DNA from: a phage
Assembly: GCA_029945195.1 (NCBI GenBank)
Contig: GCA_029945195.1_4117.1
DNA: 64,000 bases
Direction: 5' to 3' (one strand)
The notes beneath the pieces are model-generated. The model was not told the DNA's origin and did no database searches. It saw only the letters and a list, made by a program, of their open reading frames with translations. Made by a program: the position numbers and the translations under genes. Positions 54,547-63,506 of the stretch are shown here, piece after piece. Numbering within the stretch: position 1 is the first letter of the stretch; every line of letters begins with the position of its first letter.

Positions 54547-55401
54547 ATGAAACTTTATCTAATCGTTGACTACAATAAGGATTATGCTGGTAACTTCACC
54601 GAAGATTCGGATGGATATTGCACATCGACTAATGTCAATGTACGTAGCAGTAGTGCTCATGAACATGAATCTTGTAAAAATCTAAAAGATTTTATCGCAT
54701 ACCGAGCATTTGAAAAGAACTTCTGCCGCAGTAGATATTCGAAGTTTGAGTACCCGTTAATTGATGTTCCTGATGATTTAATGTTCCAGTTAATGCTAAC
54801 TGGAGTTCAAGATTATGATTACATAGCATATAATCATATTACTAAGAAAATTTATATTGGTACATCATCACATGACACTTCTATGTATGCATCATGCCCA
54901 GATGATCGAATGAATGATAGAAAATCATACTATAGTGGATCAGTTGGTTTAAATGATTCATTAAATAAAAATATATTCTTTGAGTATGTTTATGATTACC
55001 ATCATGAGAAAAAAGAACGTGAAGATTACTGTATAGCAATTGATAGTACTAATGGGTATGAAGACGTGAAAGAAGCACTTATGCCGTACATTATTGAAAA
55101 GTACTACAAAGATTTTCAGTACTGTAGTAATTTTCTAATCAGAAATTCTATTATAATCGGTCGCCAATCTAGTGCATACTCTCAGTACTATAATGATTCA
55201 CCAGTAGCATCGGCAAATGAAATGTGTGATATTTTACAAATTCCACGTGAAGATATGGCATTCATTTTTACATCTTTTATTGAAGATGATGAATTGTACG
55301 TTAAAAATAAACACCGTTTAATGCCAAGTAAGATTGAAATTATTAGATGCGTAAGCGTTGATATACTGACAAATTTTACTGAAAAAACAGAATATAACTG
55401 A
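54547..55401 (+). CDS. hypothetical protein (284 aa)
   Basis: ORF track; SD GGAGA. Confidence 0.6.
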   Translation: MKLYLIVDYNKDYAGNFTEDSDGYCTSTNVNVRSSSAHEHESCKNLKDFIAYRAFEKNFCRSRYSKFEYPLIDVPDDLMFQLMLTGVQDYDYIAYNHITKKIYIGTSSHDTSMYASCPDDRMNDRKSYYSGSVGLNDSLNKNIFFEYVYDYHHEKKEREDYCIAIDSTNGYEDVKEALMPYIIEKYYKDFQYCSNFLIRNSIIIGRQSSAYSQYYNDSPVASANEMCDILQIPREDMAFIFTSFIEDDELYVKNKHRLMPSKIEIIRCVSVDILTNFTEKTEYN

Positions 55402-55430
55402 GACAAAGAATAAGTTAATGATATAATGTA

Positions 55431-55465
55431 AGGTGACAACATAATATGTTGGTCACCTTTTTTAA
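55431..55465 (+). terminator. rho-independent terminator
   Basis: AGGTGACAACAT..ATGTTGGTCACCT then TTTTTT. Confidence 0.65.
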
Positions 55466-56004
55466 TCCTGAAAGGTTCCCATAAGGAAATGATTAAAAGC
55501 CTAATCCACTCGAAAATGTAGAGGGTAGATGAGTAGTCCTTTCAGTACGAACAGCAGATGAAACCCGTTAGATGATGGCATAGTTTGAACCACTCACGGC
55601 AATGCGGCTGTATAAAGAACTCCAATAGGATAAAGAGAGTTCCTCGATAGACATATAAGGATCGCACCTTACCAATTATCTAAGGGAGATTTCATAAGAA
55701 ATATGCGGTCGGAATTATACAATATAGTTGCGTCCAAATTTTGTGAAATCAAATACAAGTACTGGTCATATGGTATTTGTATTATGTGTCGGGATGTTTA
55801 AGACCGACGACCGTTGCTACAAGAACCGCGATAGAGAGAAACAGAGCAACCCGCTTTCGTCTCGTAAGAGAATTCGTGATATGAACTATGTGAAGGCCAC
55901 CAGCGTCAAATTTTTTTGTTCTTTCCCCTGCGGGGGGGATGAAATATGCTCAAGCAAACCCCGTCAATATTAATTAAAAGAAAATAGTACTTGTAGAATT
56001 AGAC
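55466..56004. other. ~540-bp noncoding island, visibly less AT-rich than flanks
   Basis: no convincing ORF (track ORF 55728-55973 has no SD and odd composition); holds CCACCAGC 55897-55904 and T7..G7 element. Confidence 0.4.
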
Positions 56005-56079
56005 ATGCGTAGCATGATAATTCTACTGATGTTGATGCAATCAACGTCACGTATATTCATTGATGTTTCCATAGGAATA

Positions 56080-56625
56080 ATGATGGCATTTATTAGAAAA
56101 GAAAAAACTGTTACTTATAAAACTTTGAATTTTGATGATTGCATTAATCAGTCACAAGACGAAGATATCTTTACTGGATATGTGGTTATTAAAGAAAAAG
56201 GATGCATTTCTTATATAAAGGAATTACAAAATGGAATTGAAGTGACTTCAGTTAAATTACTTCCTACTCAAAAACCAACAATATCAAAAGCCCAGTATGG
56301 TAATTATTTTGAAGAAAGATATAGTAATAATTCAATAAGTGTTAAGGCTCATATTATTAAAGGAGAACTAGAAGGAGAATATAGAAAATACAACCCACAA
56401 GGAAAATGTGTTTGGGTTAAATACTTCAATTCAGGATATGATGTAACATCTGAAATTATAGAATTCTTGGGTTTAAAATGTACCCCTGAGACTATTCATG
56501 ATTACAAGTTCAATACTGAAGAAGAGTTTAATCTGATGATGCGTTACGGTTCACATTTTAAATTTTTATATGAATATAACATTGACAGTAGTACTTTTGA
56601 TAAGATAGTACACAACTGTCTCTAA
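56080..56625 (+). CDS. hypothetical protein with MORN-like repeats (181 aa)
   Basis: track ORF 56005-56625 trimmed to ATG 56080; GEYRKYNPQGKCVWVKYFNSGYD resembles MORN/YwqK-type repeats (weak). Confidence 0.4.
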   Translation: MMAFIRKEKTVTYKTLNFDDCINQSQDEDIFTGYVVIKEKGCISYIKELQNGIEVTSVKLLPTQKPTISKAQYGNYFEERYSNNSISVKAHIIKGELEGEYRKYNPQGKCVWVKYFNSGYDVTSEIIEFLGLKCTPETIHDYKFNTEEEFNLMMRYGSHFKFLYEYNIDSSTFDKIVHNCL

Positions 56626-56641
56626 CAAAAGGAATTATATA

Positions 56642-57163
56642 ATGTCGAAGAAGGATGCTTCGAAAAAACATTCAGTACATTTCAGTACTGGAAAGGACAA
56701 CTGGACAACTCCCAAAGATTTCTTTGAAGATTTGGATGAGTTATGGGGATTTACACTTGATGCTGCTTGTGTTGATGAGACTGCATTGTGTGATAACTAT
56801 TTTACACCTGATGATAATTCTCTTGAACAAGACTGGGGAAAAAATATTGTTTGGTTAAATCCCCCATATAGTGATTTAAAAACTTGGTTAGCCAAGGCAG
56901 TAGATGCGTATAATAAAGGTGCTACAGTACTGATTCTAGTACCATCCAGGACTGATACAATAGCATTTCAGGAATATGCAGCCAAAATATGTGATTGTAT
57001 TTGTTTTATCAAAGGTAGATTACGTTTTGGTATTCCAGAAGAACCTGATAAGAAAACAGATTCAGCACCATTTCCTTCGTGTCTTATAGTCCTTGATAAG
57101 TACCTCACTACTGCTAAAATTAATTATCTTAAATCTCTCGGATTGGTGATGAAGAATCTATGA
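56642..57163 (+). CDS. DNA N6-adenine methyltransferase, phage Dam-like (173 aa)
   Basis: WTTPKDFFEDLDELWGFTLDAAC N-terminal block and NPPYS catalytic motif; SD AAAGGA. Confidence 0.6.
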   Translation: MSKKDASKKHSVHFSTGKDNWTTPKDFFEDLDELWGFTLDAACVDETALCDNYFTPDDNSLEQDWGKNIVWLNPPYSDLKTWLAKAVDAYNKGATVLILVPSRTDTIAFQEYAAKICDCICFIKGRLRFGIPEEPDKKTDSAPFPSCLIVLDKYLTTAKINYLKSLGLVMKNL

Positions 57164-57693
57164 AAGAAACATGTGTATTAACGTTTGGTCGTATTAATCC
57201 TGTACATCGTGGACATGGTTTAGTTTTTGAAAAGGCCAAAACATTACAAGAACAGTACAATGCTGATTTAAAAATATATCTAAGCACCAGTACTGACAAT
57301 ATAAAAAACCCACTCCCACCTGAACTAAAAATGTATTATACAGAGGGATTCTATCCTTCAGTGCAAGAGAACATCTACACAGAAGACAATCTATTTGATA
57401 TAATGAGAGAACTGGATGGAAAGTACTTAGATGTTCTTTTCATTTGTGGTTCTGACCGTATTGATTCTTTTCAAAAAACTCTTGACATGTACAATGGTAA
57501 GTTGTATAATTTTTGTAGTATAAAAGCAATTCAGGCAGGTATTGACCGTAATGTAAGTCAATATAGCTCAACACAAATGCGTAACTTCGCAAAAAATGAA
57601 GATTTTGATAGTTTTCGTGAGTTTTTACCTGGAAATGACGAGGACTTAAAAATACAATTATTTGAAGACGTTATAAAATACATGAGGAAATAA
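57160..57693 (+). CDS. NadM-type nucleotidyltransferase, likely NMN adenylyltransferase (177 aa)
   Basis: FGRINPVHRGH (HxGH motif as in NadM GRFQPFHKGH) and SSTQMR (SxTxxR); ATGA coupling to upstream MTase. Confidence 0.6.
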   Translation: MKETCVLTFGRINPVHRGHGLVFEKAKTLQEQYNADLKIYLSTSTDNIKNPLPPELKMYYTEGFYPSVQENIYTEDNLFDIMRELDGKYLDVLFICGSDRIDSFQKTLDMYNGKLYNFCSIKAIQAGIDRNVSQYSSTQMRNFAKNEDFDSFREFLPGNDEDLKIQLFEDVIKYMRK

Positions 57694-57695
57694 TT

Positions 57696-57989
57696 ATGTC
57701 AGTACTGTTCAAAACCAATCCAGTACTTTGGGATCAAAATGAGCAATCAGGATTTCGTTCCATCCATGTTGAATACAAAGGTAATACTGTAGTTGCAATT
57801 ATTGCTAACAAAACTCTAGGAAACTGGACTGCACAGGTTGTTCCTATGGGATATTCTTACACATCTGATGAGGTACAATTCCTGGCTGAACTATATCGCC
57901 AAGTGCCGTTTATCATTAATGTACTAGAAGGTAATGATACATTATCACATGCAGATGTGATTAATTTTCTTGGAAACTTGCATGTGTGA
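57696..57989 (+). CDS. hypothetical protein (97 aa)
   Basis: ORF track. Confidence 0.5.
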   Translation: MSVLFKTNPVLWDQNEQSGFRSIHVEYKGNTVVAIIANKTLGNWTAQVVPMGYSYTSDEVQFLAELYRQVPFIINVLEGNDTLSHADVINFLGNLHV

Positions 57990-58269
57990 TGAAATAAATC
58001 TTACAGGATATTTTTTACAAGAATCAATGATTAAATTTAGTGAAAAATTTTCAGTACTGGATGGTATCGAAATGTGGCATGTCAAACCACTGTTCCACAC
58101 TTTCAGTAAAGAGCACAAAATGTTATTGACTGAAGCGAGTAAATCAAATAACATATGTGAAATCAAAATTGGTGTAAATGTCTATAAAGGGATGGTTATC
58201 TTTTTTGACAATAACAGCAACTACTTTTATATTGTTAAGGAGCATTACGTTGACAAATACAAATACTAA
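57982..58269 (+). CDS. hypothetical protein (95 aa)
   Basis: track ORF (TTG 57970) trimmed to first ATG 57982. Confidence 0.45.
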   Translation: MCDEINLTGYFLQESMIKFSEKFSVLDGIEMWHVKPLFHTFSKEHKMLLTEASKSNNICEIKIGVNVYKGMVIFFDNNSNYFYIVKEHYVDKYKY

Positions 58270-58864
58270 TACATACTTCCGTTATCTTCGCTTAGGTCTT
58301 TCCCTACGTCCGATCCGTGGAAAGTGCGATTCACTCGCTGACCTTGACTATGCATATGCATTACATCATGAAGGTGTACAGTATGTATTGGGTGATTATG
58401 GTGAATTTGAAGAAACAAATGACAGTACTGGAATTAATGCTGGTGTAGAAAATCTTAACAACATTGCTAACAGTTCTCGCCATGACATTGTGTTACAGAT
58501 TCAAAACTTTATTGAGCAGCACACAGGTAAACGTGTTTGGTGCTATGTCGGTACTGATGCACAAATGTCAATTTCATTCGGTAACGATGAAGGATATGTT
58601 GCACAGCTTATTATGGATTTTGAATCTGAAGAGAAGTTTTTAGAATTCAAAGAAAAGATTATTCAGTCACTTGTTGATATGGGTATCCCCGAAGATAAAA
58701 TGCCAGAAGTTCAAAACATTGATGAATTTGTTTTGATTCCATCTGATGAGAAATATGATGCAATGTTTACTGCTCTTAATATTCCAGGAGTTATTGTGGA
58801 GTACTTTGATGATGGTGATGATAGTATCTATATCGATCTAGATGACGATGACGACGATGAATAA
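58250..58864 (+). CDS. hypothetical protein with poly-Asp C-terminus (204 aa, TTG start)
   Basis: track ORF 58178-58864 trimmed to TTG 58250: SD AAGGAG 58237-58242, 7-nt spacing; ends DLDDDDDDE. Confidence 0.5.
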   Translation: MTNTNTNTYFRYLRLGLSLRPIRGKCDSLADLDYAYALHHEGVQYVLGDYGEFEETNDSTGINAGVENLNNIANSSRHDIVLQIQNFIEQHTGKRVWCYVGTDAQMSISFGNDEGYVAQLIMDFESEEKFLEFKEKIIQSLVDMGIPEDKMPEVQNIDEFVLIPSDEKYDAMFTALNIPGVIVEYFDDGDDSIYIDLDDDDDDE

Positions 58865-58871
58865 TGTACAT

Positions 58872-58898
58872 AGCCCGACATAAGTTCGGGCTATTTTT
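58872..58898 (+). terminator. rho-independent terminator
   Basis: AGCCCGA-CATAAGT-TCGGGCT then ATTTTTG. Confidence 0.65.
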
Positions 58899-58910
58899 GT
58901 AAGGGGATAT

Positions 58911-59186
58911 ATGAATTATAAAGTTCTACAATATACATACAGTGTTTTGTTTGATTTACATCACAATGGAAGATATCTCAATACAATACGAGAAAACACA
59001 TTCACTCATACTATCTGGATTAATCACTTAATAATGATACGTGAATATTTTGTTAATAGTGAGATAATCATTCGTGGTAAAAAACAGAAGATAGAACAAG
59101 TTAATAGTTTTGGTGGTAAATTAGTACTATCATTTATAGATAGTAATACTAATGAAAGATATAGTATAGATTTGGTGGACATATGA
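58911..59186 (+). CDS. family-C tandem small protein
   Basis: MNYKVLQYTYSVLFDL..; tandem paralogs follow. Confidence 0.55.
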   Translation: MNYKVLQYTYSVLFDLHHNGRYLNTIRENTFTHTIWINHLIMIREYFVNSEIIIRGKKQKIEQVNSFGGKLVLSFIDSNTNERYSIDLVDI

Positions 59187-59449
59187 ATTATAAAGATTTC
59201 CTACTAACATACAAGATTATTCGAGATTTAGCACACGACAATGATAGCCCTAGTCTAGAAGACACATGCACTGAAATGATTCATACAATTCGTGGTAAGA
59301 TTAAAAAAAAATTCAGTACTGTTATTATTGGTGATGACCATGCAGAATTTTCTGATATAATCATTAGACGTGATGGTAAAGTTGAGGTTCAGTACTACAC
59401 TGATTTTGGATTTACCAGTATTCCGTTGGAGATATTCCCTTGGGATTAA
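59183..59449 (+). CDS. family-C tandem small protein
   Basis: MNYKDFLLTYKIIRDL; ATGA overlap. Confidence 0.55.
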   Translation: MNYKDFLLTYKIIRDLAHDNDSPSLEDTCTEMIHTIRGKIKKKFSTVIIGDDHAEFSDIIIRRDGKVEVQYYTDFGFTSIPLEIFPWD

Positions 59450-59751
59450 ATTTAAATGATATACAATTCACTTATAAGATCCTATATGATTTGTATGATG
59501 TATACCTTGTTAGTAACAAAATAGGTTCACATAACCCATACAAAGAACAACCATTTATTGATTTATATATTGAGTACTTAGATTCAGTAGGTGAATATAT
59601 AAAAAAGAATTACAGTACTTTTATCGACGGAAATGATATATTCGAGTTCTCTGGAGTTAAATCATACAATGGGATTATCCATGTTGAATTTCTTGAAATA
59701 ACCGATAGGGGATTTATCGAGATTAAAGTTGTGAAGTTGGTGAATTTATAA
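59440..59751 (+). CDS. family-C tandem small protein
   Basis: LNDIQFTYKILYDLYD. Confidence 0.55.
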   Translation: MGLNLNDIQFTYKILYDLYDVYLVSNKIGSHNPYKEQPFIDLYIEYLDSVGEYIKKNYSTFIDGNDIFEFSGVKSYNGIIHVEFLEITDRGFIEIKVVKLVNL

Positions 59752-59761
59752 GAGGTTACAT

Positions 59762-60073
59762 ATGTTATTAAATGATATACAATTCACATACAAATTTTTG
59801 TATATCCAATACGCTACGGTTGATGCTGGAGAATATCTCTACGGTGAAATCTATCGTTCGGTATGGATAAAGTTTTTGGATGAATTACATGAATATTACC
59901 ATGATTTGTGTATAGTTCGTGATAATAAAATATACAAATTCCGCGATATTGTTAGTCATAGCGGTAAGCTACGATTGGAATTGAGTACTGATAGTGATGT
60001 TGATTGGATTGGTGTAAATTTACTGGAGTTGGAGAATGAAAAACAACTTAAAGGAAATACAAGTATTTTATAA
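59762..60073 (+). CDS. family-C tandem small protein
   Basis: LNDIQFTYKFLYIQY. Confidence 0.55.
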   Translation: MLLNDIQFTYKFLYIQYATVDAGEYLYGEIYRSVWIKFLDELHEYYHDLCIVRDNKIYKFRDIVSHSGKLRLELSTDSDVDWIGVNLLELENEKQLKGNTSIL

Positions 60074-60320
60074 ATTCTTATACTTGTCATATGTAAAAGA
60101 TGAGTACTATGAAAGTGTGTATTATTTTTTATGGCAACATTACCGTACTATAGTAAGAGATTTATATATAGGAAAATCTATCATATCCAATGGTGAAAAA
60201 TGTATATGTACTGATGTTGTTAGTTTTAATGGTTCTTTAACACTGTGTTTCAGATGCGATAATAATAGTGGGTCATTTTCATTAAACGTATATCAGTTAG
60301 AAGGAATAAATTTTGAATAA
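60036..60320 (+). CDS. family-C tandem small protein
   Basis: LKEIQVFYKFLYLSY. Confidence 0.55.
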   Translation: MKNNLKEIQVFYKFLYLSYVKDEYYESVYYFLWQHYRTIVRDLYIGKSIISNGEKCICTDVVSFNGSLTLCFRCDNNSGSFSLNVYQLEGINFE

Positions 60321-60513
60321 ATGTCCATATTGTAACAGTACTCAATTAGCTCGTTTCCGTTTAGATTCAGACTGGGCGACTGGTGCTGGTGATTTCTTCC
60401 CTATTAATGATGATGCAGAATACACCGAAGAACAGCACAAAGATTTTGATAAATCATGGCGACCTGACATTGAGTGCATTTATTGCCTTAATTGTGAGCG
60501 TGTTCATGACTAA
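60313..60513 (+). CDS. zinc-ribbon small protein (66 aa, TTG start)
   Basis: CPYC..(x45)..CIYCLNC, two CxxC pairs; TTG start in track; overlaps neighbours. Confidence 0.35.
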   Translation: MNKCPYCNSTQLARFRLDSDWATGAGDFFPINDDAEYTEEQHKDFDKSWRPDIECIYCLNCERVHD

Positions 60514-60769
60514 AGCTGAACTAATAGTTCATACATATAAAATGATATCAAGTACTGAGTTATCATATAGTGCAGATAATCCAGTACTGGATTATTTTGT
60601 TGAATTATTGAAAGAGCATTATATTGGTAAATCACTGATTCTTAATAATATTAATTTCACGGTAAAGGATGTAGCACCTGGAAAAAACGTACTAATAGTA
60701 TGTGTTACTTCATCTGATAACCCAGTATACCCAATATCAATAATTTTTGAGATATTAGGAGATTTATGA
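60506..60769 (+). CDS. family-C tandem small protein
   Basis: track ORF 60383-60769 trimmed to ATG 60506; ELIVHTYKMISS. Confidence 0.5.
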   Translation: MTKAELIVHTYKMISSTELSYSADNPVLDYFVELLKEHYIGKSLILNNINFTVKDVAPGKNVLIVCVTSSDNPVYPISIIFEILGDL

Positions 60770-61056
60770 ATATCATTTTAATGCAGAAAACATATGCTAT
60801 ATTGGTGAAAGATTATTCCATTACTTTCGATTCACAAGAAAGTGCTCTACATAACCTATACAAAAACGTAACACAAGAATACAGAAATATGTTTTCTGAC
60901 TTAGTAGTAGGAAGGTATTTCAGTACTAGAAAATACCCAAAACTTCAAATAGTTGATGTTTCTTTTTATTTCAATGGTCATATTACTATTCATAGTTTAG
61001 ACCAAGATTCAACAACGTACTTAAACTTTTCATTTGATGAGGTAACATTTTTATGA
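60766..61056 (+). CDS. family-C tandem small protein
   Basis: MQKTYAILVKDY; ATGA overlap. Confidence 0.55.
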   Translation: MNIILMQKTYAILVKDYSITFDSQESALHNLYKNVTQEYRNMFSDLVVGRYFSTRKYPKLQIVDVSFYFNGHITIHSLDQDSTTYLNFSFDEVTFL

Positions 61057-61229
61057 GAACAGTATTTTTTATCTGGAGTCTTTTTTCATTGGCAGTACTG
61101 ACAGTATGTGGGATTTGTTTCCTTTCATCAATTAATACTTGGTATATCAATTTACTATTTCCATTTGTCGGTGTTGGATTAGGATTTACTTTACATAGTG
61201 TATGTAAGGATTACAATGAGAACAAATGA
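61053..61229 (+). CDS. small membrane protein (58 aa, not in track)
   Basis: hand-translated MRTVFFIWSLFSLAVLTVCGICFLSS..; two hydrophobic segments. Confidence 0.45.
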   Translation: MRTVFFIWSLFSLAVLTVCGICFLSSINTWYINLLFPFVGVGLGFTLHSVCKDYNENK

Positions 61230-61494
61230 AGTACTTGTTGCTGAAACAATGAAGATGATTTACGATATCACGTCAGCACAGAATATGCCATATCCAACTA
61301 AGTCTTTATTGAGGACTGTGTATCTGGGGATAGTACAGGAGTACTACAAATCCAAGCACAGAAGCATTATTAGTGTTTATCGTGATTATGAAAGGATTCG
61401 TATTTTATTCTGGAACAAGAATCGAGTACGTTCTGAATGTGATCTAGTAGATTTTAAATTAGAGAATCTTTATTGCTATAAACAGGGACAATAG
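61216..61494 (+). CDS. hypothetical protein (92 aa)
   Basis: track ORF 61198-61494 trimmed to ATG 61216. Confidence 0.45.
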   Translation: MRTNEVLVAETMKMIYDITSAQNMPYPTKSLLRTVYLGIVQEYYKSKHRSIISVYRDYERIRILFWNKNRVRSECDLVDFKLENLYCYKQGQ

Positions 61495-61552
61495 TTTAAT
61501 TCATGATATAATAATGGGTAAGGAACAATAATTAACACAAGGAGTGTGTGAA

Positions 61553-62281
61553 ATGCTTGACCGTATCCGTTTCGCTACAGAGATGGCGAATGAATTAAAC
61601 ATGGCAAATTTCCAAATGTTAACATCAGTAATGGCTGAACATGCATGTGCTTATTCTGTAAGTGGTGTGCAGTGTGGTCAGGAGAATATGTTAGCAGATG
61701 TTTATAGTGAAGTACAAAGTAAGCAATATAGTGTAAAGACATATAAGGATAAGTTTGTTAGTCTTTATATGAACGAAGATATTGCCGAAGACCGCAAATT
61801 CACTGATTTTATTATTGAACGCCGAGTATCAGGTGTATCTAATCCTAATGCATCAAGCGATGAAGTTTTTGCAGAAGTACTGAAAGATATATACGAAAAT
61901 GAATTAAAAAGTAAGAATCATTACAATGTACGTGAAACTAACACAGTGCTCTTGGGATATGATGAAGACGAAGAATACTATTATTTTCGTATGACTGAAG
62001 TTCCTTTTGAATACAAATCTCCATATACAACTACAGTGAAAGAATTTACTGAAAAAAGTAAAAACTTTATGAAGCATGAAGGAAATCGTTGTAGTATAAA
62101 TGGTTATGACGAAAATGGCATTCACATTTATGAATGGGTTCACCCAAATTGTCAGACATACACTCGTTGCTTGAAAAAACGTTATAATTTAGAAGAGCAT
62201 GAATCATTCTATTTTAAAGTTAAGAAGCAAGGTTATACTCGCCCCGCCGATTCTGAATTGATGGGTATGATATATTTCTAA
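61553..62281 (+). CDS. hypothetical protein (242 aa)
   Basis: track ORF (GTG 61544) trimmed to ATG 61553: SD AAGGAG 61539-61544; promoter-like GATATAAT upstream. Confidence 0.6.
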   Translation: MLDRIRFATEMANELNMANFQMLTSVMAEHACAYSVSGVQCGQENMLADVYSEVQSKQYSVKTYKDKFVSLYMNEDIAEDRKFTDFIIERRVSGVSNPNASSDEVFAEVLKDIYENELKSKNHYNVRETNTVLLGYDEDEEYYYFRMTEVPFEYKSPYTTTVKEFTEKSKNFMKHEGNRCSINGYDENGIHIYEWVHPNCQTYTRCLKKRYNLEEHESFYFKVKKQGYTRPADSELMGMIYF

Positions 62282-62291
62282 GGAAACTGCT

Positions 62292-62573
62292 ATGGATTTT
62301 TATCTACACACATGGACATACGAACAATATATTACATTATATCTTGAAATTATTAACACAGAACCTAGGTGTGGTTGTTGGTTCGCAGATATCATAAAAG
62401 AGTATGCGGACGAATTTGAGTTCGTGTATCTTGGTACTGATATATTTGTAAAAAGTGTAGGTAAAACCGGACGAATCACTGATATAGATTACGACACTGT
62501 TAGTGTGAATTTCTATGTTGATTTTCCTGATGCTGGCGTTGATGGTGTATATTGTCTTTATGAAATAATTTAA
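62292..62573 (+). CDS. hypothetical protein (93 aa)
   Basis: ORF track. Confidence 0.55.
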   Translation: MDFYLHTWTYEQYITLYLEIINTEPRCGCWFADIIKEYADEFEFVYLGTDIFVKSVGKTGRITDIDYDTVSVNFYVDFPDAGVDGVYCLYEII

Positions 62574-62580
62574 ATTTTTA

Positions 62581-62604
62581 GGCCAGCGTTTGCTGGTCTT
62601 TTTT
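62581..62604 (+). terminator. rho-independent terminator
   Basis: GGCCAGC-GTTT-GCTGGTC then TTTTTT. Confidence 0.65.
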
Positions 62605-62617
62605 CGCAGGTACAAAG

Positions 62618-62920
62618 ATGTTCAGTATAGATTTAATTAACAGTACTATCAAAATGTTGGCAGATTTGGTGAGACAATCCAATGGAACTTTATATTCTGC
62701 AATGTATAAAATGTTTGACCGATATATCAAGGATTGTAACATATCATTATATGGACTTGCTGTTGATATAGACGATTACTATGGAATTAATACTTCATAT
62801 AAAACAGGAATTTTAATTGGTATTAATATAAAGATGGGGTATTTCCCTTATTACTGTATAGGATTACCAGATAATACTTTGGTAGAATATCCAGCCAGTA
62901 CTATAAAAATAAGAGGATAA
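62618..62920 (+). CDS. hypothetical protein (100 aa)
   Basis: ORF track. Confidence 0.5.
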   Translation: MFSIDLINSTIKMLADLVRQSNGTLYSAMYKMFDRYIKDCNISLYGLAVDIDDYYGINTSYKTGILIGINIKMGYFPYYCIGLPDNTLVEYPASTIKIRG

Positions 62921-62927
62921 AACTAAA

Positions 62928-63506
62928 ATGAATGTATTAGAATTAAGTACTAAGCTGATTACTATGCGTAACGAGTGGTACGATTGGTTTTATAATGGTA
63001 CTGATATGGATTTTTCAAAATATCCATTTATGGAATCAGGATGTGATGCAAGATACCGCTGGTTGAGCAAAGATTGTTCTGGTTTACATATTCTAGTTGA
63101 CGATAGTGGTCAGGGAATTATAAAAGATTTACTTCAAGTTGAACAACTCGTCCATGATAATTGGTGTGATAACGATCCATACCTTGGAAATATGATTTAT
63201 GTAAGTGAAGATGATTGCATATTCGTTATCCAGCGTCATGGTAATTCTATGTTTTATGTAGCAGACAGCAGTACTCCAGAAGGTGCAGCAGCCGATGGTC
63301 TTATGCCTAAGATTGATATATTGGAATTTGGATTACCTGAGCACTTCCAGATTAGTACTTTATACGATATTCCACCACTTGAGTTCTTTGAAGAATTTAA
63401 ATTGTACTACAATGATCTTCAAAAATTGAGTACTGAGAGTCGCCTTGAAATAACCGTCAAGTACATGGACGGAACGAAATTAACCGATACGGGGATAGAA
63501 TTTTGA
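62928..63506 (+). CDS. family-B-like protein (192 aa)
   Basis: LPEHFQISTLYDIPPLEFFEEF; SD AGAGGA. Confidence 0.55.
   Translation: MNVLELSTKLITMRNEWYDWFYNGTDMDFSKYPFMESGCDARYRWLSKDCSGLHILVDDSGQGIIKDLLQVEQLVHDNWCDNDPYLGNMIYVSEDDCIFVIQRHGNSMFYVADSSTPEGAAADGLMPKIDILEFGLPEHFQISTLYDIPPLEFFEEFKLYYNDLQKLSTESRLEITVKYMDGTKLTDTGIEF

Noticed and set aside
55728-55973. Track ORF (81 aa) as a protein-coding gene
   Set aside because: No SD, atypical composition, spans homopolymer tracts; more consistent with a noncoding region.
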